Shown: positions 25,930 through 40,300 of the stretch, one piece after another
Position numbering within the stretch: position 1 is the stretch's first letter
Layout: every line of letters begins with the position of its first letter
Assembly: GCA_002104905.1 (NCBI GenBank)
Contig: MCFE01000143.1
Span: 62,001-126,000, forward strand
DNA from: Basidiobolus meristosporus CBS 931.73
Lineage: Eukaryota; Fungi; Basidiobolomycota
DNA length: 64,000 bases
Direction: 5' to 3'
The notes under the pieces: model-generated
What the model saw: only the letters and a program-made list of their open reading frames with translations
Told to the model about the DNA's origin: nothing
Databases searched by the model: none
Position numbers and translations under genes: made by a program

Positions 25930-26450
25930 CGCTGAAAGCTCATCACAACTTTGTCACATCAATGCAGTTGATGCTTTCAGCAAATGGCCCACTAATCAGG
26001 GTGATATTACCCTCAATTTCAGATAGTCCTCACACTTCACACAGTGCATCTTGTATTTGCCAGAATAAAAGTGCCTCTGCCCTCTACAAGGTCTGTTGAT
26101 CCTGACTGAGAAGGTATCCAGAATACTCCTGATATGGAACCTATTGCTGATCACTCTGGGTTATGGAAGTATATTGGAGCTTCTGAGCCTAGTATCCCAA
26201 GCTTGCTCTAAGTCATTTATGCCCTCTGCAAGGTGGTTTGCTATTGCTCTGAGCTAGAAATGAAGGCTTATAGGACTTTTGCTACCATGGATGGAGGGAT
26301 GAAACCTTGCAAGGCAATGGTACTATTAATAGCAGAGAAGCATAACAAGGCAATACCTTGAGTAGATTGAGGTAGATGGTCCACAGTGATTGGTATAGAT
26401 TTCCTCCAATGTGCAAAAAGGAAATTCAGTGATAGTGATGACATTGATGA
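25930..26450 (-). pseudogene. Possible PIF/Harbinger- or ISL2EU-type (DDE_Tnp_4) transposase relic
   Basis: Minus-strand translation gives ILDTFSVRINRP...QRHFYSGKYKMHCVKCE, resembling the D...NRP...YSGKHK.H..K motif of this family. The frame is broken and the limits are approximate. Confidence 0.45.
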
Positions 26451-27546
26451 GAAAAGACTGTTCCAATGAGTTAGTCATATCAAAATTAGTTTGTACGCAA
26501 GTAGAGGTGATGTGAGTTGATTTGGTGCAATCAAAATAATTTTTTTGATGTTCCATGCATTATGATTAGATCTCCATCAATTGCCATATATCCCATTATT
26601 ATGTTGCAAAAATCATCCACAAAAAATGACTTAGTAACTTAATGATGATTTGCCAGCAAGTATATAATCATAAAGGAAATCTGCAATTGATGTGATCTGA
26701 TCCATGTCAATGCAACCCAAGATGCATCATGCATAATATATGGAAAGTTCAACAATCACATTAGTTTTCATAGTTATGTTGTATACAACCAGGTTGATGC
26801 CAATATACTACTGTATAAGTAACCAAATATGGCACTATGGTCCCTATTTCAAGTCTTGACTCATCTTTAGTACAACCCAGATACACCCATCCCCCAGCTT
26901 GCAAGCATGGTCTTGGCCAAAAACATCAGTGTCAGATCCACTTGAGCTCTTGCCAAATGATTTTAGTATGGCCCAAGTGTCTATGGTGAGCCTTCATACA
27001 GATACATGGGTACTACTCTTTAATCTAGCAGAGCTGGATACCTCAGAGAGTCAGCAAAGATGGGAGAATCGGAGCAGGGAAGCTGTGGCATGAGTTCTAC
27101 ATCAAGATGCCAGCATAGGTATGTAAGAAGATATATTACAAGACAAATATGAAGATCAATAATGAGCTGAGAGTAAGGGGATTTGATGAGGAAGCCATGT
27201 GCAAATAATTCTCCTATCAAAAGTAATTTGGTCCTGTAGGTGAATCTGATCTAGATCTGCCATCAGGATCTTTTTTGGAGACCATCATAATACCAGCAGC
27301 TTAGAATTAATGGCAGCCCACTGCTAGTTTTGTATAGTGCCACCATACCAGTTTACCAAATGGTATTTCCTTTTACTACCTCCCCTTTTGCAATTCATAT
27401 ATCACTGTACAATCACCCCTCTTCATTTGCTAGCACACTGCTACCTTGGGTACTCCACATATAGTTTGAATCAATAAGACTATGGCCTCCTGCTCACTAA
27501 GCCCTACAGAAGTGCACACCTGTAGCAATTGACATACTCATATCTA

Positions 27547-30500
27547 TATTTATAAGAGTCTTGGAGATATTGGGAGTGATTTGGAAGAACAAGTAGATTA
27601 TATGGTGTACACTTGATGATTTATAGAATGTAAAAGTAGTATTTATACTTTTACATGGTCTTAGCATAACAAACACATAGAATAGGCTAAGGAAGGCTCC
27701 AAGAACATGTGTGCAAACCTTGGGGCTGCTTGAATAACATTGAGAATCTTCATGTTCTGAGTACCTGATATTTTGGTGAAAACGTTCCAAGTAAATCCTG
27801 GCAAGAAATTTGGTCAGTATTCTATAGGCCCTGAAGGTAATGATATAAGTGACTAAGTTAGGTGACAATTTAGGTGGAATTACAGATTTTTTACATCACT
27901 CCCACTCAGCTAACATTCTACTTCCACAACTTTAGCAGGAACCCAACAGCTTTATGCCACTGTTAATTCACCGGTTCCCATATGTCCTGGTCTTCAGGCA
28001 GCACTGTAAGGTCTAGCTCTGCATCTGCCAGTCTTTGCAATAAATCCTGGCAATATTCTGGTGCGTTTTCTTGAGCACTGCTCTTGAAGCTGTGCTGCAA
28101 CCTCTTTGTGTGCCTATTAATGTTCCAAAATTCCACAGCAGGCAATGTGATAGTCTCTTGAGCTATTGATACTGTAGCCTTGTCTATTAGTGGGATCTCC
28201 ACTCTGTCAGCAGTGGAGGCCATGGTGGCTGTGGTAGATAAACTGCCTTTCTCAGCAAGCCCATCTACCTTACTGACAAATATGGAAGATGTGGAGGCTG
28301 TGGTAGACAAATTGCCTTTTTCAGTAAACTCATCTACCTTGCTGGAGTGTAGCTCAACTGGCTGTGGTTCTAACTCTTGTCAAAACAGCTGTTTTCTTGT
28401 TGGTTATTCTTCTTGGATATGATGGGATTCAGTCTGTTCCTGGCTTGCAGCATTACTTGGCAAGCATTGCAGGTTTTTTTTACATGCCTCCCTGTCTCAG
28501 ACTTGGGTAGACATTTTACCTTTACCTTTTTCTTTATTACTTCCTGGTCTTTCACTGCTACTTTGTCCAAATGCTTCTTGTAAAGAACTAGATTTTCTCC
28601 TTAATACATCTTGCTCTGATGCATCTGTTCTGGCCTGCTTGTCCCTTGCTGGCACTCTTTTGGCAACCTGATGTTTCTTTTCCACTTGCTTTGAGCTCTC
28701 AACCATGATTGTGACAGGCTGCTGTAAAAGCGGCTGGTTTTTATCACTACCAGGACCACTGCTACTTTAACTGGGTGCTTCTTGAGTAGTACTACACCTT
28801 CTCCTTGACAAATGTTGTGCTAGTGCATCTGTGTCTGCCTACTTGTGCCTAATTGGCACTCTTCCAGCTACCTGACATCTCTGCAACACTTGTCTGGAGC
28901 TTTTGGCCCTGCTTGCGGCAGGCTTTTGAGGAAGCTGCGGGTTTTTAGCCATGGCACCCTGGTTCTTCTGCCTTTGATAGTTTCTGCTATTCTTAAAATA
29001 CTTTCTTAGCATATCAATGCTGGCCCAAGATGTGTTTGCCAGTTTGAATCCAGGATAATGCTCATGGAACAAGTCAAGTACATTCTACTTGGCCTTGAGT
29101 TCCTGATGGTTCCATGGTATGCTGACCTCAAGGTGATGGCATGCTAGACTTCTGACAGCCTCTTGAATATTAGCCCACTCTTCATTATTGCACTCAACGG
29201 CTTCACAGATCTCCAATGTCTTTTGATTTTTAGGCATTGGTATGAAAACCACATTGTCTCCCTCCGGCGCTGTGATAGGTTTTTCTGTGGGCTTTATCTT
29301 TGAGCATTGTTATTGTGCTTCAAAGACTGTACATTGTTCCTTTGCTGTTACACTGGAAATGACTCAGTTCTTGGCCATGACATCAAGCTACTTGAGTTCC
29401 TTCTTTGCAGCAAAGCTACTGCTTTCTCTACCGGTGATATTGATTGCTCTACACATATTATCCTCTCATACTGTTTCTGGACTATTTCCTGACTTCTCTG
29501 GGCCATTGCATCTATCCTATCAGCCACTGCACCTAATATCTTTTGCTTCATTAATACTTTGGTATGAGCTGACTAGATACTTGCTAATATGGGTGGTGGT
29601 GGTGATGTTATGACAGCTACTTGACTGAGAGCCTGAGGAGTCTGATTACTACCTTCAATGGGCACACTGTCCACAGGGCCTTTTTTGGATGTAGCCCTGC
29701 TTGTTACACTGAATGTCAAAGCAAGCTGTTGTCCAACCATTCTTCTGTTGCCATCAGCGGTTGGGTTTGGTTGGGAACCAGACAACTTTGCTTTAATTTT
29801 TGCCAGCATATATATGGAAGTGAGTCAAACCTAAGGGGAAATAATGTTACATATATGTGTGTATGTGGTACCACAACTTTATTTGTAATGCTTTTTATGG
29901 CAGGTCATCATTGAATCTTGCATTCATGTAGGTGCAATGTCTTATATACAAGACATGCGCATTGACCAAAAAGTGATATAATAGCATTGGGTCGTTGAAG
30001 GTCAAACTGTTTGCCCCATAGATAAGACTACTTTGACTCAATGCTGTAAGAGAAGAGAAAATAGGCCATGTGGCTATTGTGGCAAGCCTCGAAGCATGCA
30101 GACAGCATAGGAAGTATTACAAGGATCACAGCCAGTATTTTGCCACCCAAGTCATAGTTGACTGTTCATTGATCAATATTGTACCAACATTATCTTGCCA
30201 GCCAGTGGATACTTCTATGTTGGCACCTGGTTGTCTTTGTCACCTTGCACAAACTGAGTCAGGTGCATTTGTGATGACTTTACGCTCACCTCAGCCTTCT
30301 GAATATGGCACGCAAAGTGATAGCTCTGACAAAGAAGGTTCACTGATGGATTTGTTGTGTTGTATTATGACTAGTTTGGGGCTTGTTCTACAATGTAGAG
30401 GCTAACCAACAATATACCACAACTTTCAGTATGCTAATACTGAAATAGTTTATTGGGAGTTTGATATACCAATAGAAGTTATAACTTCCACTAATATCCT

Positions 30501-33500
30501 CAGTCTTAGGCTCAAAATATACCATAGGCAGAGTTTCTCACTTCTACAGCAGTGTTCTGACCTTCTGTTGACTAATGGGCATATTTGCTTTTAAAATAAC
30601 TTTTCCTTATTTGGAAGTCATGTTCCTTTCTGAGAAAATTTTTCCAAATATAGAAATACTGAGCTCCCCTTTAACCTAAAGGGGTGTGTTGTAGAAGTCT
30701 CTAAAGGGGTCTTTAGACCTGAAGGGGTGTCTAAAGGGGTGTTCTTAGAGTAAAGGGGCTTCTGGTAGTGGTCTCTAAAGTGGACTTTACACTAAAGGGG
30801 CTTCTTAAAAGGGACTTTTCTGACAGAAAAGAGGTAGTTTTTGTAGAACTTAGATTGGATTCTTGTGAGCTTTGCGGTCTCTTTACTGATGTAGTATTGA
30901 TCAATGTCAGAATACTCAACAGTGCAAGTGATGCAGGGGAAGTCTTATAACCTTTAAACATGTAATTGTAGTGTGAAGATTCTGGAAAGAGAGGCTCTCC
31001 TTTATTTTTCAGCTGGGGAAGTCATATATATGAGATTTCTGAAGGATCAAAGTTTTTGGGCAATTGCACAAGCAATGCACATGATACAAAGCTAAAACAT
31101 TGCAGTGGTGCAGATTGGACATAGGCGCAGCACCTGTGAAAATTTCATGTATCCCATAACAACAGTACCATGTATGAGTCCGGTCAAATCCCTATATGCA
31201 ATGAGACAACAACTGTTGAAACAAATGCCAAGGATAGTTTATGGAGCCAAGTGAGCCCAGTAATCCATCTACTGGTGAATGATGTAATGTTGTGGCTAGA
31301 GAAGTGGCGTGTTTCCACTAATAGCAGTAATGGGGGCTTTGAGGATTTATTACTACTTCTTGCCAAAATTATTCCAAGATGCAACTTACCATGTATATGG
31401 TATAAGTGGACAACCGTCATGTGGCTGGCAACATATGACCCAGAGACTGTCCTGATTCCAGCATGCGTTAACAGTTGAATGGCATTCATATCCAAAAATG
31501 CTACCATTGAAACATGTCCAAATTGTCAGGAATCCACCACCATTGCAGGAAAACATTGCTCACACTCTGGATATATTCCAGTCATACCCCATCTGAGGAA
31601 GCTAATGCAGTCCAACAAATATAGCAAAGCTATATAGTACCACACTCAGTATCAATTAAGCGCAAACATATCCAATATATTTCATGGCAAACATTAGAAA
31701 CAGCTCAGAAGCAAGGGTACTTTGAAGGTATGTATGACCATGCCTTTGCTTTAGCACTTGATGGATTCTCATAATACAAGTACTCTACTAGCAAATCCTG
31801 CTGGCCAGTGATTCTCATCAATCTGAGTCTGCTACCCATCCTATGGTATCAGAGCAATAATCTGATTGTAGTCTTACTGGTATCTGGGCCTAAATCACCA
31901 CCCAACCTGGATAGCTACCTGTATCCATTGCTGGATGAATTTTGTATGCTTTCCAGCAGGGTAATAGTGAATGGCTGTCATGTAAAAGCACATATTATTA
32001 TCTGCATTGGAGATACCCCAGCCATCAGCAAGATAGCAGGTTATTCCGGGCACAATGAATGGTATTGCAGTCAAATGCATGAGATCCAGGGGATTTATTC
32101 CATAACTCACACACATTATCATGACCCAAACACCAGCACTAAGTACATCTTCTTTCCACAGAGCAAATGCAAAGAAGTCAGTGTGCAATTGCAGCAAAGT
32201 TGGCAGGCTGTACACTGTTGGACAGAAAATGGAATTAACTGGAAACCAGAGATACTTAAGATAGAGGGTATCTGTTGGAGCAAAAGCTTTCCACTAGGAG
32301 CAATGCATTTGCTTTTCAGCAATATCCGTATACTGAAGAGCAAGTTTTGCATGAGGCATCTCAAGCTAAACAAGCCCTTCAGATACTGGAGAAATTTGAA
32401 CAGATTGGCAAGATATTGCAGAGTAACCACTACCCTAAGTACTTCTCATGGGCTCCAATCAATATTCATACACATATGCAACAATACAAATGCAAAGACT
32501 GGATGAACTGGATATGTATTTATTCAAGTGGTGTTTAGAAGCCATTCCTATCAAGAGTACATTGGAAGCATTGGGAGTCATATGTGATCATTGTAAGAAT
32601 ATTTATCCAGAAGCAGATCACCAATGCCAACTTGACGCATATATAGCTGTGGTGCAAGGAGTTTGTGATAGGACTTGAGCAGATATACTACAAACTTAAA
32701 GCTGAATATGTAGATCTCTGCCGCTACTGTATTCATTCTCTACTCCATCTTGCCCAGTTTGTGGAGAATATTGGACCTTGCTTCACCTTTTGGATTTTCC
32801 TATGGAGTGGATGTGTAGGAGATAGGAAGACAAGTCAAGTTGCAGGTACTATCATATCTCAATCTCATCAAGAATACTACCTTCAAGTCTGTCATGGATG
32901 TGATGAGTTGGTACATGCAGGACAGCCCGGAAGAGTTGAAAATACTGAGGACAAATGTGCACATGGAGTCACCTATGCCTATGGCATTAAGAAGCTAAGT
33001 AGCCCAAATGTGTGGGTAATCAGTTAAGTAATGCAAAGTTGGGTTAGATGCAACAAGCAACTAATTTTTATCAGGAAAACTCTACCAAGGTATGCATGAT
33101 TTCTCATGGTCATAAGCCAACTTCCACACCATTCAATACAGTATTCACACAAACAAAAGCCAGAGCACACCTATAAGGGGGACTAGAATCCAGCAGGGAG
33201 AAGCAATATATTGGCTATATACCAAGAAGTTCTTCTCAGATATTCAGGAGGTATTCATGGCAGGAGTGGTGACAACCAAGCATATGTTTGCAAGATGTAT
33301 ATGTTACCAGCAGTACAAGGTATATGGCAACTTTGCAAGTATCACACTAAAAAGCCATAAAGTTGAGGTTATAGAAGTATGTCAATTGCGGCAGGTGTGC
33401 ATGTCTATAGAGGTTAGTAAACAGGAGGCCATAGTTTTTTTTTTGATTTGAACTATATGTGGAATACCCAAGGTAGTAGTTGGTAAGTAAATAAAGAGGG

Positions 33501-36500
33501 GTGATTCCACAGTGGAATATATCAATTGCACAAGGGGAGGTAGAGAAAGGAAATACCACTTGGTAATTGGTATGGTAGCTTTGTACAGAACCAGTGGTAG
33601 ACCATCATACTGCTGATATAATGCCATCAGAGTTTCACAGTGAGGCCATCAAAATACCGTCAAGTTTCTTGCCATATAAGGCAATTGGATGTCCTGGCCA
33701 ATTGGACCTATTTAAAATAGTTATAGAGTGCTAAAAGACCACAACAGTACCATGCAAATATTGTCACAGCACCAATTAAATATTGTCAAGTTCTATCCCT
33801 TTATTGGTTTGTAAAATCAGCAAAGCACAGTTGTGATCCTGTCATAAGATTGTTAGGAGGGTCACTAATTCCAAGCTGCTGATATTATGATGGTCTCCAA
33901 ATGGGATCCTGATGGCTGATCCAGATTGGATCCACTTGTGGGCCCAAATTATTTTTCATAAGATTTCTTGAATTCCATGAAATTGCTCCTTTATAGTAAA
34001 GAAAAGTGTATCTTGTAGTGGGTCTTCTGTCTTCCAAATTTTGTCCCCAATCAGCATTAGAGTATCCCACAAAATCCTGTTCTGAGTCCTTTTAAGTGTA
34101 TCTTAAGCAGATATCAGCAGTTCCTTTTAGGTGTCTAAAAATCCACATAACTGCTGCAATATGATCAGACCATAGTTCTGATTATGCTGGCTGACAGCTT
34201 CCACTGAATGTGAGATATCAGGATATGTTCCAAGCATGATGTACATCCAACAGCAGGCCATAGATTGATGAGGAATGTCAGGGCTTTCAAATGGCAACTG
34301 GCTCTCTGAATTTGGTTGAGTTGTGACAAAGCTTAGGCTTGTCTCCATTGAGGTAGCTGCTGGTTTACAGTCTTTCATTTGGCACTTCTTTAGTATATCT
34401 TGAATATACTTGGATGGGCTTAGGGTAGTATTCTGGGTACTTATGTCTATGGAGAACTTAGTCCCTAAGGAGTAACTGAGTTTTCCTAGATTGGATATCT
34501 AGAACTCTTTAGATAGGCTGGATTTAGTCTCCTCCAATGTTACTAGGTTATTGGCAGCTTTAATAAGATCATCCATATATAGAGCTAATAGAACTGGATT
34601 TGCTCTATCTGACTTATAGTATATACTATAGTTAGCATTACTCCTTTTGAAACTCAGAGATTGCAAATAAGAATCTATCTTGCAATTACAGGCTCTTGGT
34701 GATTTTTTGATACTATAGAGTAGTTTTTAAAGCTTGCAGACTAAATGAGGGTTATCTTGGCTAACAAACCCATTGGGCGGGTTCATATACACTTCCTTAT
34801 CAGGTTCTCCATTCAAAAATGCAGTTTTACATCCTATTGATGTACTAAAAACTTATATTTGGCTGCAATAGCCAATATTAATCTGATGGAATTAAACTTG
34901 GCTAGCAGTGCAAAGGTCTCAGTATAATCAAGTCCATTTGTTTGAGAGTATCCATTGGCCACAAGTCTTGCATTTTATCTTTCAATTGAACCATCAGACT
35001 TGTATTTTGTCTCAAAGACCAATCTGCATCCAATTGATTTTTTGCTGACTGGTAACTTGACCAGGTTCCAAGTTTGATATTCCATTGGGGCCTGATATTC
35101 CTCAGCCATTGCAGATCTCCAAAACTTAGTCTGATGGCTATTTAGGGCCTCTTTTGCAGTCTGGGGCTCATCAATATGGACTGAATAGGCATAGGCTAAG
35201 TTTGTACCCTCACTAATATAGTAATTTGGGCTATTTCTTGTTCAATTGGATCTCCAGGCATTTGATACTGGAATGCTCACTTCTGGGATATTCCTGGGCA
35301 CTGACTCTGGCTGACCACAGCTGTAGAGTCCTTTAGAGGGAAAAACCTTTCATTGTTTTGCTCCAATTCAATCCTGACTATTGGTTGACTTGTGATCAAA
35401 TATTTGTCATCATCTAATATCATTTTTTGTGAAAATTTTGAATTTTCATAAAACAACACATCCCTGGACTTGATTGGCTTCTTTGCTTTGGTTTTGCAGA
35501 GTTTGTATGCCTTACTCTCATTGCAGTAGCCCAAAAATATGCATTTTACATTTTTTGGCTAAAATTTTGACTGATTTGCAGGCAGTTTCTTGGCATGTGC
35601 TGTACACCAAAATATTCAATGTTTCTGCTCTTGTCCTGTATCCATACTATGCTGCAAATGGAGTAGAATCACAAATCATTCTGCTATAACTCCATTTTCA
35701 AGGTATACAGCAGTGGCAATGGATTCTACCCAAAAGTCATAGGATAATTCTTGAACATGGATCATAGATGTTGCCATTTACTGATTTTGGCTTCCAGATA
35801 TGATGGAATATAAGTCATCTTCTATAGATTTTGATCTCTGATACCCAACGCAATATGAGCACTATTTTAATCAGTGACCCTGCATCCTGAATTGTCAAAG
35901 CAGAAGCTGAATCCTTCTGCTGTGGCCTAGCTTACAGATAGTAGGTTCTTGGCTATTTCTGGTACTTGGAGTACTTCTTTAAAAGTCAGTATATGGCTTC
36001 CTTTGCTGCTTCTGAGGTTTACTTGTAAAGTTCCTTCTCCCTCTGCGTCAAGTGTTCTATTGTCATCCATGAAAACCTTCTTGATTGGAATTTCTTGATA
36101 TTGGGTAAAAAGTTCTTTTTGGTGTGCAAAGTGTAGAGATGCTCCATAATCAATATAGCACATCTGAGAATCCTTGTTTGTGGTCATATCTAGTGCAGAT
36201 ATGAATAGACTATGTTCAGTTGTTGCAGTATTTCCATATTCAGGCTTCTTTTGCTGATTATCTCTCTTTTTGATACACCAGTCTGATGTGTGTCCTTTCC
36301 TTTTGCAGTAGTTGCAAAACAGGTTGCTGTTGCCTTTGTGGGGTCTTGGGTACCTTCTTTGTTGGTTATTACTGCTTAATAAAGCATTTTCATCTTCCTT
36401 CCTATTGGCACTAAATTTTCTTAATTCTTCATCAAGGAGCCTTCCATACACATAATTTAAGGTCAAATCTTCAGTTCTGGACTCTAGGGCTGCTACAAGG

Positions 36501-37370
36501 CCTTGCAGCTTGTCTGTCAGCCTTTTTGGAATGGTGACTATCACATCCTCATCAGTAGCTGGTATGCCCACAAATTCTATTTCATACACCAGCAGGTAAT
36601 TCTGCTAATTAGAATTTTCATTTCTTCTCCTGGCAGCATCTTTGTAGTAAGAATTTTTGTCCAAGGTACATCTTCTAAGCAGCTGAACATGACTGGTAGG
36701 TTTCAACTAATGCCTTCCTGGTGTTCTTTGCCATTTTTGCTCTTGAGCATTGAATTAGCAATTTGTTTTTAACATTAAGGCAAATGCAGATAAAGGCACT
36801 TTGTTCTCTCCTCTGATACCTTAAGGCTTCCTCTTCCACATTTCTAGGACGGCATTCTTCTCCCATGACAGTATCCAAAAGGACTCTTTCTTGTAGCAGC
36901 ATCTTCATCTTCACCTTCCACACTTGGTAGTTAGATCCATCCAACTTTTCAGCAGAGGGAAAAGTTCCAGTAACAGCAGTGGTAGACATTGTGGAGAGTG
37001 ACAGCTTGGGGCTAATAACCTGTTGTAAGAGTCTTGGACATATTGGAAGTGAGTTGGGAGAACAAATAGATTATGTAGTATCACTTGGTTATTTATTGAA
37101 TGTCAAAGTAGTATTTATACTTTTACATGATCTTGGCATAACAAACATGTAGAATAGGTTAAGAAAGGTCCCAAGAACATGTGTGCAAAGTTTGGGGCTG
37201 TTTGAACAGCATTGAGAATTGTCATGTTCTGGGTACCTGGTATTTTAATGAAAATATTCTAAGTAAATCCCAACAAGGAATTTGGTCAGTAGTCTCTAGA
37301 CTTTGAAGGTAATGCTCTAAGTGACTAAGTTAGGTAAATATTTAGGTGTAATTTCAAATTATTCACAACA
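27547..37370 (-). mobile_element. copia family A copy A3 (older), split by an inserted CACTA element
   Basis: 3' LTR ~27547-27898 plus PPT; internal region 33964-37008 (RT, partial integrase, gag ORFs 35927-36589 and 36675-36989); degenerate PBS; 5' LTR 37021-37370. Confidence 0.8.
27916..33963 (+). mobile_element. Inner CACTA/En-Spm (transposase tnp2) element, decayed
   Basis: tnp2-like remnants on plus at 30070-33027 (YDPETVLIPACVNS; NLSLLPILWYQSNNLIVVLLVSGPKSPPNLDSYLYPLLDEF; IGDTPAISKIAGYSGH). Divergent ORF2 remnants on minus at 27960-29820. Terminus at 33963. Confidence 0.8.
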
Positions 37371-40300
37371 CTATCACCTCAACTTTACAGCTTTTTAGTG
37401 TGATACTTGCAAAGTTGCCATATACCTTGTACTGCTGGTAACATATACATCTTGCAAATATAAGCTTGGTTGTTGCTACTTCCACCATCAATACATCCTG
37501 TATATCTGCATCAAACTCCTTAATATTTAACCATGTATTCCTTCTCCATGCTGAAATCTAGTCCCCCTTATACATGTGCTCTGGCTCTTGTTTGTATGAA
37601 TTCTTGATTGAGTGGTGTAGAAGTTGGCCTGTGACCATGAGACATCTGGCATACCTGAGTTGAGTTTTCCTAATAAAAACTAGTTGCTTGTTGCACGCAA
37701 TCTAGTTTTGCATTACTTAACTGATTACCCACCCATTGGGCTGCTTAGCTTCTTAATGCAACAAGCTTAGGTGTCTCCATGTGCACATCTATCCTCAGTA
37801 TTCTACAACTCTTTCTGGCTGTTCTCCATGTGAGCACTCATCATATCCTTGACAGACTTGAAAGTACTATCTTGATGAGATTAGGATAGGGTAGTACCTG
37901 TGAATTGACTTGTCTTCCTATCTCCCCACACATTCACTCCATAAGAGACTCCCAAAAGGTGAAGCAAGGCCCAATATTTGCAATAAACCAAGCAAGATGG
38001 AGTAGAGAATGGATATAGTAGTGGCAGAGATCTACACATTCAGCGTTATGTTTGTAGTGTAGCTGCTCAAATCCCATCACAAGCTTCAGACTGATGAAAA
38101 ATAAGTGCATTGCTCCCAGTGTAAAGCTTTTGCTCCAACAGATACCCTCTATCTTAAGTATCTCTGGTTTCTAATTGATTCCATATTCTGGCCAATGGCA
38201 TATAGCTTGCCAACTTTGCTGCAATTGCATGCTGACTTCTATACATTCTCTCTGTGGGAAGATGATGTTCTTAGTGTTAGTGTTTAGGTAATAATAATGT
38301 GTGTGAGTTATGCAGTAAGTCCCCTGGATCTCACACATTTGATAGCAATACCATCCATTGTGCACAGAAAAACTGCTATCTTGCTGATAGCATGGGTATC
38401 TCCAATGTAGATAGCAATATGTAACTTTACATGACAGCCACTTACTGCTATCCTGCTGGAAAGCATACAAAATTCATCCAGCAATGGATACAGGTAAATA
38501 TCCAGGTTGGACGGTGATTTAGGCCCAGATACCAGTAAGACTACCAACAGATTTTTGCTCTGATACTGTAAGATGGGTGGCAGATTCAGATTGATGAGAA
38601 TCATAGGCCAGCAGGATTTGCTGGTAAAGCACTTGTTTTATGAGAATCCATTAAATGCAAAAGCAAAGATATAGTCTTTGATACCTTCAAAGTAGCCCTT
38701 GCTTCTTAGCTGTTTGTGATGTTTGCCATCAGATATATTGGATATTTTTGTGCATGACTGATACTGAGTGCAGTACTCTGTAGCTTTGCAATATTTGCTG
38801 GACTGCATGAGCTTCCTTAGATACAATTTTACCAGAATATATCTGGAGTGTGAAAAATGTTATCCCTCAACAGTGCTGGATGCCTGACAATTTGGTCACA
38901 TTGCAATGGTAGTATTTTTGGATGTGAATGTCATGTAACTGTTAACACATACTGGAATCAAAACAGTGTCTGGGTCATATGATGCCAGCTGCATGATGGC
39001 TGTCCACTTGTACCATGTACATGGTAAGTTGCATCCTGGAATGATTTTGGCAAGAAGTAGTAATGAATCCTTAAAGCCCCCATTGTTGATATTTGTGGAA
39101 ACATGCCACTTCTCTAGTCACAACATTATATCATTCATCAGCAGATGGATTGCTGTGCTCACTTGGCTCCATCAAGTATCCTTGGGATTTATTTCAACAG
39201 GTATTGTCTCATTACACATTGGGATTTGGCCAGGCTCATGTGTGGTACTGTTGTCAGGGGAGATAGGGTCACAATCAATCAGTGAACCTTCTTTATCAGA
39301 GCTATCACTCTGCAAGCCATATTCCAAAGGCTGAGGTGAGCCTAAAGGTGTCACAAACTCATCTGACTTGGTTTGCGCAAGGTGACAAAGACAGCCAGGT
39401 GCCTATATAGAAGTATCAACTGGCTGGCACAATAATGTTGGTACAGTAGTGACTGATGTATAGTCAAATATGACTTGTGTGGCAAAACACTAGCTATGAG
39501 CCTTGTAATACTTTCTATACTGTCTGCATGCTTTATGGCTGAGAGGCTTGCTACAATAGCCACATGGTCCTTTTTCTCTTCCCTTACAGCATTGAGTCAA
39601 AGTAGTCTTGTCCATGAGGCAAACAGCTTGACCTTCAACAATGCAGTGCTATTATATCACTTTTTGCTCAATATTCATGTGCATTCAAGACAACCTTGTA
39701 TTTGGGGCATTGCACCTACATGAATGTAAGATTCAATGATGACCTGCCATTGTAATCATTATAAATAAAGTTATGGCACCATATATGCATGTATATGTAA
39801 CACTAGTTCCCCTTTGGCTTGACTCACTTCCATATATATGCTGCCAAAAAGTAAAGCAAAGCTGTCAGGTTCCCAGCCAAACCCCACTGCTGATGGCAGC
39901 AGAAGAACAGTTGGGCAACTGCTTGCTTTGACATTCAATGGAACAAGCATGGCTACATCCAACAAAGGCCATGTTAACTGTGGGCCCACTGCATGTAATA
40001 ATGTGGACTCCTCAGGCTCTCAGTCAAGTAGGCAATTGAGAACCTCTGCAGAGCCACAAGCTAACTGTTATGCTCAGGCAGATGTGAATGTAGCAAATGC
40101 AGTACCCTCAGTTGAAGACCAGCAAGTAGCTGTCATAACATCACCATCACCCATATCAGCAAGTATGTTGTCTGCTCATACCAAAGCATAAATGAAGCAA
40201 TTAGGTGCAGTGGCTGATAAGATAGATGCATTGGCCTGAAGACATCAGGAAATAGTCCAGAAACAGGATAAGTGGATAACATGTGTAGACCAATCAGTAT

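Noticed and set aside
30675-30815. TAAAGGGG units as an interstitial telomere
   Set aside because: The units are irregularly spaced rather than perfectly tandem, and do not match TTAGGG.
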